From assembly GCA_964016885.1 (NCBI GenBank), contig OZ024740.1, positions 146,258,001-146,322,000 on the forward strand: 64,000 nt of DNA, written 5' to 3'. The notes beneath the pieces are model-generated. The model was not told where the DNA came from. It saw nothing but the letters and a program-made list of their open reading frames with translations, and searched no databases. Position 1 is the first letter of the stretch. Every line of letters starts with the position of its first letter. Below are positions 38,516 through 52,190 of this stretch, piece after piece. This stretch comes from Eledone cirrhosa (Eukaryota). A program made the position numbers and the translations under genes.

Positions 38516-41500
38516 GAAGAAGTGACAAGAAATCCCAGTGAAAGGAAGCTGCAATAGAGGAAAACCGAGAAACCTGGGTGGCGGTGGTGATCTTAAATCA
38601 CTGAAACTCACAGAGGGGATTATGAAGGAAAGCGATGAGTGGAGGGATGATGTGCTGAAATGAACCCATCCAACCTATGGTGCGTGAAAAAGCAGATGTA
38701 AAAATGGTTGGAAAATGATGATGGTGATATACACAAAATGTAATCCCTAATCCTCATAAATAAATGATCTTGTAAAATAAAACCAGATTTGTTTTCTGGC
38801 AGTTTGGTAAAAAAAAAGAGTTATCAAAAATAACATTTTAACAAGCATGCTTGGGGGCTGATTTTTCGTTCTCTAGGTGCTCAGTTATTCACACTTTCTC
38901 AATCTATATCACTTCCCTTATTGCAACCTTTTTTAATCCCCCACTCAAAAGAAACAAAAGCATATCATTACCTTTTAAAAGACGTTTAATTCTATCAAAA
39001 GCATTTCTTTTTATAATAATTCCCTTCAAGGAATCTACAGACTTCTGTGATTTTTTTTTTTTGTTTTAATATTTAGTCAAGACAGGGAATGGCATCACCC
39101 ATTACCCTTCTTGGGGCCTCAGAGCCAGGTAGTGGTGGTAACTTGGGCAATGAATTGCGTCTACCACCCAATAACATCAATATCTTCATAGATGTTCTTC
39201 TCAAGTAGCAACTATGAAAGCATTTAAAACTATATTAACTACCATTTCTAAAGGTTTAATGAGTAAGTATGCCTGCCAGGTGCTGAAACACAGGGAAACA
39301 TAAGGTTAATCTATTCTTGATTGTAGAATAAAAAAGATGGTCATAAATCACAACATCTGTTTATATAAATATAACCCAGATACTTTCTCAACAATGCAAT
39401 GCAATGTGTAGGAGAAATATCTATTTGATATTGCTATGGCTATGTGGTTAAGAAGTTTGCTTTGTAATAGTATGATTTGGGGCTCAATACAACTGCTCGG
39501 CAATCAATGTTTTGTGAGTGAATTCAGTAGATGGAAACTGTGGAAGCCTGTCATCTGTACATGTTTATGTATGTGTGTGTTTGTTTCTGTGCGTTTTAAT
39601 AACCGTTTAAAGCATGTGGTGATATTTACATCTCACAGCTTAGCAGTTTGACAAAGGTTAATCAATATATACCATATTTAAAAGTACAATTTAGGTTGGC
39701 ATCAGGAAGAGTAACAAGCAGTACAAAAACTGACCCAAGAAGTGGACTATCTAACTCATGCCAACTTAGAAAAAGCACAAGTAAAAACGATGGTGAATTT
39801 AAAAAAGATTTTTTTTTTTTTAATATGAAAAGAAAAAATCTGAAAGTGGGACTTTTTAATTAACCCAGATTTTCCAATTAAATAAAGATTTCAAATCTCA
39901 TTTATTTCTGTTCAATCCAATAAAAAGAGTAGAAAAAGAAAAATGTTTACTGCTAAAAATCTGTATACTATCAGTCTTAAAACCTCTTTATTTAAGCAGG
40001 TAGTTACCATTTCTAGAAAATTCTCTAGACAGATGTAAATCCTAGTTTGTTGTTTTTATATTGTCTTACGACACAACTAATGGAATGCTCATAAGCAATT
40101 CATAGAACCAACAGGCCAAACATGAGGTTATCTTTAGACTATAAGGCACACTGTCATACCATGTTTAATTTTGATGTACAGTGTAATAGACTACAACATT
40201 TGTCCTTCAGCTTTCTTGTTTATTTTACTGTGTTAGCAGTAGAATAGAGGGTAAAAAGTTGGTACAGGGATAGTTGAGATTTCCCATTATAGAGGGATTG
40301 CAACCCACAGTATCTGGGTCACAATAAACAAACAAAGGATTTAGGTGGTGGTGTTGTAATGCATCTGAATGTTTGCAGTTGGTTAAACATATAGTTGTAG
40401 ATGTATGAGTTAAAATACATTTGCCATGAATTTGAACACCTTACACATCTAAATAAATATTGTTTGACAAGCCATTCTAGATATTATAAAACAAACTATA
40501 TGTAATCACTTGACCTGTTAAAAATAGTAGACAAATATCCTTCAAATCACACCCTCCTGTCTTAAAAAAGAAAAAAAAAGTGTATTCAGGATAATCTAGC
40601 CATGGATACATTATGCCTTAAATAAAGGAGTGATGATCACAACTAGAAAGCCTTTGACCATGGCTCTTCACAATCAAGGCTGACTAAACAACAAATACTA
40701 TTTGATTTTGTGTTTTGCAGTTTTTTATGTGAAGAACAATATTTTAAAGAGGCAGGCAGATCTGACATATTTTATGATGGACTTAAATTACTGTTTGCAG
40801 ATCAGTGTCATCTTACATGCTCATGGAGTATTAATGTATTTTCATTTTAGCTGTCATAAATTTTGTATTGTGTGGATGATATTAGTGTGTTAGCTAATAT
40901 CAAGACAGATGAGTCTAAACAGAATGGTTATAAAGAATTTAACATGCTATTGTTGTTGCATAACCCCAAGTCAACCCTGATCAAGCAGGCATATGATCAA
41001 AAGTATCCCACTTGTAACTATAATGTCTTTTAGATATACATATGTATAGGACTCCATGTGTTCTTTCCTTATTCAAAGGAAAGTTAGCTACTTTCCTAAC
41101 TTGGTAACCACTGAGTCTCCCTTGTGTAGAGCAAAATGGTGCTCTCCATTATTTATATTTAACCAGATTTCCTAATTGTTTTACCAATAACATTTGCTTT
41201 CTTCATTCCTTTAAAATTAGTTTACTCATTATCTCTCTCTCTCTCTCTGATACACACACACACATATATATTTGAAGTGGCACTAACATAGCGTTGTTCA
41301 TCATAAGGGTGTATATGAAAGCATATATGATTTGTTTATGTATAATAAACATGAGTCTCACTATGATAATTTTAAAAATTAGAGTATGTGCTTTCATACA
41401 CACCCCTAACAAATAAATAAATTTATATACCTCATACACACCAATCATCATCATCATCATTTAACGTCTATCTTCCACACTAGCATAGGTTTAGACGGGA

Positions 41501-41808
41501 ATTGTCCCACTTGAGGCAAGGTTGGTCGGGTGATCGTGTCTTGCTCGTATAGGACTGTCTGGCAGGTTTTTTATAGATGGATGCCCTTCCTAACACCAAC
41601 CACATTTACAGTGTGGACTAATATTATAGAATATTCAACAATCTGAGACAGTATAAAACATTTTTAAAACTAAGAAGAAATCAAATATTACAAAGTTAAA
41701 GAAATTAAAATATATAACTATTTTTTAATGATGTTTGCGGGTTTTAATATATTTAAAAGAAAGTTTAAACAATAAAATATATTATTATAAATATTAAACT
41801 ACATAGAA

Positions 41809-41976
41809 AGCTACAAATGTGAAACCAATACTGTAGATTAACTCCTAGCCTCCTGTAGTGATTTAGCTACAAATGTGAAACCAATACTGTAGATTAACTC
41901 CTAGCCTCCTGTAGTGATTTAGCTACAAATGTGAAACCAATACTGTAGATTAACTCCTAGCCTCCTGTAGTGATTT
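41809..41976 (+). repeat. Perfect 56-bp tandem triplication
   Basis: agctacaaatgtgaaaccaatactgtagattaactcctagcctcctgtagtgattt starting at 41809, 41865 and 41921. Confidence 0.95.
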
Positions 41977-42183
41977 AGCAGAAAATATCTAAAATCAGTA
42001 TGTGTTAGTTTAAAATGTTTATAGTATCTTTACTAGTAGACAAATCATTTGAGAAAGTATACAATATTCACCTACTTCAATCATCAACGTGATGCAGTCA
42101 TAGAGACATTTTTGAACATATCATGAATTACTTGCTATTGCAGTTTTATGCAGTACAGTTAAAATTATTAGAATAATAAAATA

Positions 42184-42471
42184 CTGTGGAACTTCGGTTC
42201 ATAAACTTAATTCATTCCTGAAACCTGTTCACCACCCGAAATGTTCATAAACCAAAACTATTTTTCCCATATGAAATGTTGAGAGAGAGAGAGAGACTGT
42301 GTGTGAAAGACATAGATATGACCATAGTAACTAATTACACAGCTAGTGACACTTTCCTGCCAATACTCCCAACTGTTGTTGTCAACTTGCATGTTCGTTA
42401 CTCAAGACACTGTACGTCAACCAAGACGTTTTATATTCGGAAAAAATTGTTCATGGACCGAGGTTCCACTG
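42184..42471. mobile_element. Tc1/mariner (pogo/Tigger-like) MITE
   Basis: Imperfect TIRs ctgtggaacttcggttcataaac / gttcatggaccgaggttccactg; flanks TA and TG. Confidence 0.75.
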
Positions 42472-43091
42472 TGTAATTTAATAGCAAATATTAACTCTTC
42501 AAACTACAATTTTCTCTATATTCAATAAAATGTCCCACAAAATCAAAAGTAAGGTCATTTTAATAAAAAAAAATTATATAATTTTAATATAATTTGTTGG
42601 TTAATGAGAAAAAGACAAAAGTAGAAAATTTGACATTTTGAACATGAATTACAACATTAAAGTCTAATTATAAGTTCAATGGTTAATACTTATATAATTT
42701 TAATATTAATGCATTGGTGTATTTATTTCCAGCTACCTGGCAGTATTACAAGCCTACAATTAATTCCATTCAATCTAAAAGAACTAAACTGTTTAATTGA
42801 ATCTATCTGCCGATTTACCTCACTCACACTGACACATGAACCAGATTCAGTAGCAACCCAGCCAATATATATATATATATGCCTTAATCTAGAGTTGTGT
42901 GCTCCAATAACTTTGTTGAAATACCAATATTACGAAGCTAAATAAATGATCTAAGAAATCAATTCCATCTATACTGAAGATAAACAAAGTTTGGCACTGG
43001 CATATATTCAGAGCTTATATTCAAATGCAACTAGCAGTAGCTTTTCCCTCAACATTTACATGATTTGTACAGATTTAAATATATATACACA

Positions 43092-43122
<31 letters not shown>

Positions 43123-44437
43123 TACAAACTATTTTAAGAATTGTTAAATATATATATAGTATAGAGATGTTCATCTAAATAAAAATTAATGTATTTTCTG
43201 AAACCTGTTTAACTAGCCAATGTATCAAAGTGGTATAGATTGTCTCTTAATGTCCTTGTAGCACATGAAACCACATTAGCAAAACATTCTTGAAAAGTAA
43301 CAGGACAGTACTATGGCTTGGCTACATCACATAAATAATTAATGGCCTTGGTTTACTGCAAATTTTCACAACTGTATTTCTACAAATAAACATACTATAA
43401 ACATTTGAATTAACAAACCTGTTTTCAGACATTGTCTGCTAAATAATTATAGGATGTTAAGAGATAATACTGTAAATTTCCACAAACATCTGTCCACCAG
43501 TAAGATTCTATAAACATTTGAATTATCAGACTTGTTTTTAATTATTGTCAGGAAATTATGACAGAATATTTTTTTTAAGTGATTCATTTTTTAAACATCA
43601 TTTTTCCTTTAACAACTCAATTTTCTAAATATATCAAGGTGGCAAGATTTTAGAAAGCAATGTTATGTAGTTGATATTACAGTTAATTTTAATTTGTTGC
43701 ATGGGTAGTAGTAGTCTTTTGAAAAGTATGAGCTTTCAACACTATGTTAACTACATAAATGTGACAAGAACTATTTAATTAATCCATTTAAAATGCTTCT
43801 AATAAGAAGAAAATGTGACAAAACACTGTTGTGTTTTTCAACACTTCTAAAAATACAGGGAGACATGGAATGGAAACATTAAGACTACACAAACAATTTT
43901 TTTTTTTTTACCATATAGTCAAGGGAGCATGAGCAGTATCCATGACCTTTTTCAGAGCCTCCACGATTGATGGGAGAGGGGGAAGTATCCTTAAATTGGG
44001 GACTTTGTCTGAATGCTTACAAAAGAGTGGAATCTGCTAAAAACACCCTGTGATGGTAAAGAGGGCAATAGTTTAAGTCTACCTCCTAAGTAAGCCACAG
44101 TGGGATTTGAATGTAAAGAGCTAGAACAAATACTGCTAGGTATTTCATCTGACACTGTAACAATTCTGATAATCCACTACCCTAGACTGGTACTTTATTT
44201 CAACCCCTGAAAAGTTTACCCAGCAGGATTTGAACTCAGAACACAGAGAGCAAGAAAAAAATACAGTAAGGCATTTTGTCTTACACTTTAACAACTCAGT
44301 CAGTTTACCATTGCTTCAGATTTATAGAAAAAGATAAATTAAATTGGGTGACATTCTTACATTTTCTCAACATTTGAATATCATACAATGTTCAAAATAT
44401 TTATTGAATGGCTTTGAAGTTGTTTACATACATTTAA

Positions 44438-45052
44438 CCCTTTCATTACCATATTTCTAATGAAATATACAATTTTGAAAATAATCAAGAATTTGAAGGG
44501 ATTTAGTAATACAGGTAAAATTCCATTAAAACAAATTTTTCAGTATAACAACATTTTCTTCAATCCCCGGCTACACACTAGATGTGTTAGGTTGATCTCG
44601 TTATAAAGAAATTTTCATTACAACAAATTTCTTTTTTATACCCCGTGAATTTCGTTACAACGGAATTTCACTGTATAACAAATTTGCTCATTATTAAGCT
44701 GGTATTTGGAACATAAGAGTTTTTACATAAAATTAGGATGGATAGTTTTAAAATAAATATAAACACTTTATATCAAGCAGTTTTGTATTGCAGAACCAGA
44801 GACAGTTTTTGACACTAAACCGCCTGATTGCTAATATTTAAATTAAAGCCTTCTACGACAGTTTTATGAAAGAATCTATTACTCTACATGTTCAAACCGA
44901 CCGAGGCCATGCAGGGGCACTGCCATCTTAATATATGTTTAAAAAAAAAAAAAAATGTTATTTTACTAAATCCTTCCAAATTCTCCATGATTTTCAAATT
45001 TAACTGAAGTGCAGAGTGTATTTATTTCATTAGAAATATGGTAATGAAAGAG
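44438..45052. mobile_element. Inverted pair of TTAA MITE family B copies
   Basis: TTAA-ccctttcattaccatatttctaatgaaata at left and tatttcattagaaatatggtaatgaaagag-TTAA at right. Confidence 0.75.
44512..44673. mobile_element. Tc1/mariner-type MITE nested in MITE family B
   Basis: TA at 44510-44511 and 44674-44675; imperfect TIRs caggtaaaattccattaaaacaaa / ttcgttacaacggaatttcactg. Confidence 0.72.
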
Positions 45053-47199
45053 TTAAGAGAAAAAGATGGAATCGAAATTAGACTATAACTGTGTATATGT
45101 GTATGTGAATGCTTCTATACTTTAATAGTGGATGTTTGTATAGGAGTTGAATACTAGACAGACAGTTGCAAACTTGACATCACACATAACATGTAATTAA
45201 AACCAGAAACTAGATCTATTAAGACAGACTGAGATGAATAGTGATCTAGTTTAAAATTTAGTACATACAAGAATGAGTATTTGTGGCTTTCTCCAGATGC
45301 AGAGCAAGACTTACAGTGCAAGCTAATGAAACACTCATTAAATTATAAGTGAGTATGTTGAATAAGTGAGTTTATCATTCATTGTACTGTAGCACAAAAA
45401 GAAAATAGGCTTTGTTTGGTTCACTGTTGTTACAGCTCACACCTGCACAAGTTTAGCCGGCCTCTTCTAAGGTTGGATCTCATAAGAGGTTTCTTGGAAG
45501 TGCCCCAGTCTTATTACTGGTTTACTAATAAAATATAAATATTTAAGAGCAAGAAAAAAATAAACAAAACTCAGAACTGAAAAAGTGTTTGAAGCATATA
45601 TTGTTGCCTGAGTGTAGGATTGTAATCACTAAAGAAAGAGCCCTCAATATATACACATAGAGATAAATATCACTCTTTTGGGAGGAAACCTAGTACCTAG
45701 GATGGTATATTCCAGTTTGCTATGTGGTCTATATAATATATATATATATAAGAAACAAACAAAACACAGGAGCAATTTTACAGTTATATTAGGTTCATGC
45801 TTACACACACACACACGCACTTTCATCAAATACATTTTATGATTGTGTATCAAAATAAGAACAAAATGAAAAATGCAACAAAAATATAAAGTTTCTATTT
45901 TAGGCAGAAAAAAAAATCCATAAATAATCAAATTTCATGATACTCAAGTATTGTATTTGCAATATGGCAAGACCTGCTATGCAGGTTTAATGTCTGCTAC
46001 TACTAAAAAAATATTTCAATAGAAAAGTATTAACCCATTTCATACCAAACCACTTGAAACTGCCCCTGGTTCTATGATACTAAGCTGTATATTTATTTAA
46101 AAACGTTCCATCAGAAATTTACGTTCAAAACACCAACTTAATGAAAAAGTTATATTGCAAAAACCCTCAAAATTCTTGATTATTTTGAAAATGATTTGAA
46201 AATCAAAGACAATGTATATTATGCTAATGAAAATGTTAAAAAGAAAATAAAGATTATTAAAAGAATGAAACAATTTCCTTGTATAAGGCACACAATTTTA
46301 CTTAAATGTCATATATCAAAATCTGCCTATCACTTATACATCAACCATATGAATATAATAATTTTGGCACAACGCCAGGAATTTGGAGGGAGGGAAAAGT
46401 TGATTATATGGACCCAGTTCTTGACTGGTACTTTATTTTATCAACTCCAGAAGACTGAAAGGCAAAGTCGACTTCTGTGGAATTTAGAACAAAGAGCCAG
46501 AATAAATACAGCAAATTATTTTGTCCAACACTCTAATGATTCTGCCAACCCATCACTCTCATGGTTTTTAATTAAGGCACAAGATCAGTAATTTGGGGTG
46601 ACAAACATACACCTAGTAAGCACCTCTTAATCACTATATCCCCACCCAGCCCACTCCTGTCTACACCACCCTTACACTAAAACATATCCAGCCCAGACTG
46701 TAAAGTGGTTGTGAAGGTGTCACAACAAAAAGTATCCAGCCCACACTATAAAGTGGTTGTGTAGGAGTCACAACAAAAAGCACCCAGCACACACTGTAAA
46801 TGTGATTGGTGTTAGGAAGGGCATCCAGCCATAGCCAGAAACAGTCCTGTATAAGTAAGACATGGTCACCTGACCCAACTTCCTCAAATGGGAAGACCTG
46901 TCTAATCCATGTTAGCGTAGAAAATGGACGTTAAATGATGATGATGACGAGGGAAAAGTCAATAAATTTGATTCAACACTGTATTTTACATGTTAACATC
47001 CTGTAACGATTTAGCAAAAAAATATCTAAAAATGGGTTTGTTAATTCAAATGGTGATAGTAACTTTACTAGCAGAGATTGCTGTGAAAATTTGCAGTAAA
47101 CTAAAGTAAAGACAACAATTTTTAATGTAACGCAGTCAGTGCTGTTTTGTACTTTTCAAGAACATCTTGCTAATGCAGTTTCATGTAGTACAAGATGAC

Positions 47200-48448
47200 T
47201 TTCAAATCAAATGGTAATTGTCAAAACTAAGCTTTCAATTCTGTGCCACACAAAAGGCTTATGGCAAAACTCTCTGCAATGGGTGTGAAGGATGATCTTT
47301 TTAACTGGTTGATGTCCTTCATTCTCAGTTGAAGAGAGGTAGTCACGGTTCTAGGACACCATTCCTCACCGTATGAGATGTCATCTGGTGTACCACAGGG
47401 ATCTGTTCTTGGCCCCCTTTTGTTTGTGGCATATATTAATGACATAGATGCCAACTTAAGGAATACCACAGTACTAAAATATGCAGATGACATCAAGCTG
47501 TACCTTGAGATAAAAAGGACAGGTCCTGAACACTATAGATCTTTCCTGCAATCAGACCTGGACACGATGCAACAATGGATCACGGACTGGCAACTCAAGT
47601 TGGCTGTGGACAAGTGTACCACCATGCATTTTGGGAGGAAAAATCCAGCGTCCACATACTCCTTCCACAACACTGATATCAAGAAGTCTTCTTGTGAACG
47701 TGACCAGGGCATTACTGTCAGCAGCTATTTGCGTTGGACGAAGCACATCTCTAAAATTGTCAAGAAGGCCGAGGGTGTCTTAGCATCACTCAGCAAGACC
47801 TTTGTCAGCCACTCTCCAGCTATCTATTTAAAGCTGTATATAGCTATGGTGCAGCTACACTTAGAATTTGCATCACCAGTCTGGAACCCCTATCTTGCTC
47901 AGAACATTGACCGCCTGGAAACTGTTCAGAGATGTGCAACCAAGCAAATACCCTCCATCAGGCATCTACCATACTCTGAACGCCTTGCTTTCCTGGGCAT
48001 GGATATTGAAGCTCCAACGTCTGGCAACTGTCTTAGTAAACACCCACAAAATCATTAACTAACCATCTTGCCAACAACAACCCTGAGCACCTTTTTGAAT
48101 TCCATGTGTCTAACACATGTGGGCATGCCTACAAAGTCAGAAAACAGCACAGTTCCCATGACTTTTGGAAACATTTCTTCACGCTCAGAATTGCTGAAGC
48201 ATGGAACAAACTACCTGCATCAGTTGTTAGCTGTCGAGACACTGCATCCTTTAAAACCACCATGCTTTCTGAGATTCACCAACACTACACCTGATGTCTC
48301 CCCCCTATACACACGCACACATGTATTTCATGACTCATACACTGTTCATTTTCCTGACATTTGTACATTATTCTATGTACTATACATGCACCTTTGATGA
48401 GTTGTAGTGCACCTGAGCACTGTACACAATAATTTATTATCTTATTAT
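47200..48448 (+). mobile_element. 5'-truncated CR1/L2-group LINE with RT C-terminal half and 3' UTR
   Basis: ORF 47378-48058 with SGVPQGSVLGPLLF, KYADDIKL and HLEFASPVWNPY; downstream HFFTLRIAEAWNKLP; A/T-rich ttattat tail. Confidence 0.92.
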
Positions 48449-49351
48449 CTAATGTAAAACAAAGTTCTTCATTGCTATTTAAATACCAATTGGGCTTTTA
48501 ATTACAATATGGATCTTTTTCAAATGAGACTCAGAAAATTAAGACAATTGCATAAACTGCTTCAGTTTATTAACTCTTTAGCATTTACATTAGTCTATAT
48601 TTACTATTATATTTTCATGGTAAAGGCTTTACCTCACATAATATCGAATCTATGAAATTTTGATATTATTTATTTTGAGAACAATACCTTAACATCAGTA
48701 TGAGTGGTCAGTTTCAGCAGGTTTGAACAGAAAGAGGTGAGAATTCTGGTCGGATACAACCAGTTTAAATGAACTAGTGCACCCATGCTTTTAAATCATT
48801 AGACTAAATGTACATTTTTTTTTTATGTCTTATCCCACTAATAATGAAAATATTTATGGTATTATAAGGTAATGAATGAAATGATGAATCCGTCACTGAT
48901 AATTATTAATTTAATAACAAAAATCCAAAAATATTCTTTAAAATCGATAGGCTGCCGTTTACAATATTTGTAATCCAGTATAATACACCAGTGTAGAGTG
49001 TACTTGTATATGAATTTCATTGTTTATAATAGTGATAAAGCAGGAGGGGGTGCATTGAAAAGAAAAAGCTAAACATATGGAGAATGAGGATTAGAAAAAT
49101 TGAATGGCAGAGTAAGAACCAGTATTTATAGCATCTCAAATATTTTTTACTGTCTTTTTGTTCATTTCCAAGTATTTTTGTCAACCCTGTCATCGACCCC
49201 ACAAAAAACACACACTGCCTTTGAAATATGATTTTACTACAATTTCTAAGAAATTTATTTTTAAAAAAACCACTTTCACTTTCAATGTGTTGTTGTCTGT
49301 CTTAGTTTCTTTTTCATTTCCACACTATCTTTCACTTTCACCACATGCAAT

Positions 49352-49510
49352 TAGGGCCGTCTTAACACATGGGCACGCTGGGTATTTGCCCGGTGGCCCC
49401 ACGAGGATAGGGGGCCCATTTGTATTTTTATTCCTGTGAGTGGTTGTGTAGGTAGAGGCCCCAGTGCTCTGCTTTGCCCGGGGGCCTATAATGCTGTTAA
49501 GACGGACCTG
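49352..49510. mobile_element. hAT-superfamily MITE (159 bp)
   Basis: TIRs tagggccgtcttaac / gttaagacggacctg (13 of 15 match); perfect 8-bp TSD CATGCAAT at 49344-49351 and 49511-49518. Confidence 0.9.
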
Positions 49511-51025
49511 CATGCAATATAACTTAAAAGGTGGTTGACATTAAGAAGGAATTTCCACTGCATCATCTACATTAAAACACACAATACACTACCAGTTAAC
49601 TACTTAGTCATCATTAGTAGCAGATAAAAGTTTCAGTGACTAGAGTTGCCTAACACACATAATACAATAGATAATTCACCTAAAATGATTTATGTAATAA
49701 AACTTCACACCCTTAACCTTTTAGAATTTAAATCGGCCGTATCCGACCAGAATTCTCTTAACTTTTTCTGTTCAAACCGGCTGCTTAAACTTATGTTAAG
49801 GTATTGTTCTCAAAATAAATAATACAAAAAACTTGTAGATTCGATATTATGTGAGATAAGTGTTTACCGTGAAAATACAATAGAGTAATATAAATAGATT
49901 GATGATCAACAAGGTAGCTAACCTCAAATGTTAAATATTTTACCATAAGCATTTGATTGATTACCTCAATGTCATGACGTTTTAGAGCAGAGCTCCAACA
50001 AAACTTTATTAGTCATTTGTGTTATTTATACCTTTCAGAATCTTAAGTTTCATACATGGTAGGATGATACACAATTTATCCTCTATTACTTTATCTTTAT
50101 CATCAACATAATTTAATGTTTGCTTTCCCTGCTAGCAAGGATTGAACAGGTCCTCATATACATACTGTAGCTATGATACAGCCAAAAGATAAATGGAACC
50201 ATGTTACAGATTAAACCAAAGCAACAGTTAACACAATCTATAAATATTGTGATAGTATTCAGAAAAATAAAACTTTTCTGAATTAATTCTACATTAGGTC
50301 AAAACAATTTGTTTTAAGTAATCCTTTCAAGTGACTAAAGAAATTTCAAATAATGCCAATATTTTAACACAACAAAAGCATATAGTTGACTCAATTCCAA
50401 CAGTCATAGTGAATATAAAGGACAATTATATCGTGTTATTCAACACAAGAGCTATTTGTTCATGAAATGTTTGTCTATTTTCTGACTAAGGTGAGAAAGA
50501 GCTATAGCTGCAAATATCAATGCTAAATTGATTTATTCTTATAGATAGATGCAATAAAGTGCAAAGTAAATTACACAATGAATCACTACATTAATTTTAA
50601 TGCACTTTTAAGGATGCAAATACATTGTGGAAAGGAATCAATAACTGAACAAGGACACAGGTTTCCTAAAAAGCGTTGATTAAATAACTACAATGCTGAT
50701 GTCTAAATTAAAGCCCACCCCCATACCCTCCTTAAGCCATTAAAATCAGACAAATTTATAAAACAGAAAACAACCTGTAATCTATTTTAAAAGAAAACCA
50801 AAAGTTAATCTTCAGTAAAAATAAATATAATAGATATAGATTAAGACAAAACATTTATAAACAAGAAAATATATTAAAATTTATTAAAAATACATGAAGG
50901 CCTCAAATTCTGTTTCTGGTTGTATAAAAACTGATATCTAATCCATGCCAACATATAAATCAGATGTATGATGATGATTGTGACAAACTTCTAATGGAAA
51001 AAAATGGTCTGTCATCTACTAAATA

Positions 51026-51227
51026 CAAGGGTTGGCTGAATGAACAGTTCATATGCTGACCATGATACTCTTATGGAATGACCAAATGAGGTTTATTTTT
51101 CAACATAGTCCCTGGAAAGAAACAATGCAGTTATTAATAAGAAGAGTTGAAATTAATGCATGCAAGATTTCATAGCTCTAGCATCAATCTTTCATAGTCA
51201 GTCTATGAACTTTTCAGCCAACCCTCA
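51026..51227. mobile_element. Mariner-like MITE
   Basis: TA-caagggttggctgaa...agttcata.gctg at left and cagtctatgaacttttcagccaaccctca-TA at right. Confidence 0.75.
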
Positions 51228-51650
51228 TAGTTCACCAAAATCCCTGAATTAAATTTTGAAATCTTTGTGTTAATATACAGAAATTATGTTTTCTAAGAGC
51301 CCTAATGATTTAAAAATAAACAAAATAATTTTTGAAAAAAGGTATTGAAATTTAAACAGGAAATACAAAAATACAATAACAACAACTATCCTTGTAAAGC
51401 CAATAAACCTCATCTCTCCATCTTGTCCTGTATCTCTCTCAGCTCATAAACCTTTTTGCCTTAGTCTACATCAAAGGTTCTCAACCCATTTTGCCCCTCA
51501 AAAAATATATATATATTAGAAAGTGAGGTTTTTTTTACAAAATGAAAAATAACCAAGGTGTCCTACACGAGTGAAAGTATAAAGAAAAAAAGATGAAATC
51601 GAAAATGCAACTGGAGTCTTATTTTTTTTAAAATATATATATTTATTTGG

Positions 51651-51694
51651 TTCCTTTACCGGTTTCGCAGTTCTTCTGCTTTTCAAAAGTAGAA
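51651..51694 (-). ncRNA. Candidate minimal type I hammerhead ribozyme (U3-A8 core variant), Penelope-like
   Basis: Minus strand: ttc-ta-ctt UUGAAAA GCAG-aagaa-CUGC GAA AC-CG-GU A^ aag-gaa, followed by AATAAA. Confidence 0.65.
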
Positions 51695-51988
51695 TTGAGA
51701 TGGAGGGTCTGTGGTTTTTCTCACATATATATATATAATTTAGAAGTTTACATACACATAAACTAGACAGAGCCATGATTCTATGGACTTACTTTCTTAT
51801 ATAATATATATATATAAATATAAATAAAGAGAGAAAGAGGGAGGGACAGAGAGAGTAAGAAATGTGTGTGTGTTTGGTACATGTCTATCTATCTATCTAT
51901 CTATCTATCTCCAACAGGGGGCTCAAACATGGTAGACCATACTGAAAAAAGAAACTATATTTATAAACTATATTTATAAAACCATATT

Positions 51989-52053
51989 TATTTTATTATA
52001 TATATTTCAAGGGCGACCAAGCCAATCTTGGTGCGCTTTCATCAAATAAAATA
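51989..52053 (-). ncRNA. Candidate type I hammerhead ribozyme (U3-G8 core, probably decayed)
   Basis: Minus strand: tattttat UUGAUGA aagcgcaccaag-attgg-cttggtcgccctt GAA AU-auau-AU A^ ataaaata; 8-bp stem I. Confidence 0.5.
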
Positions 52054-52097
52054 TAAAATTTGTTTTATAAATAACGACATATATATATATATATTAT

Positions 52098-52135
<38 letters not shown>

Positions 52136-52158
52136 CCTTACACACTTAAATATAAATG

Positions 52159-52190
<32 letters not shown>

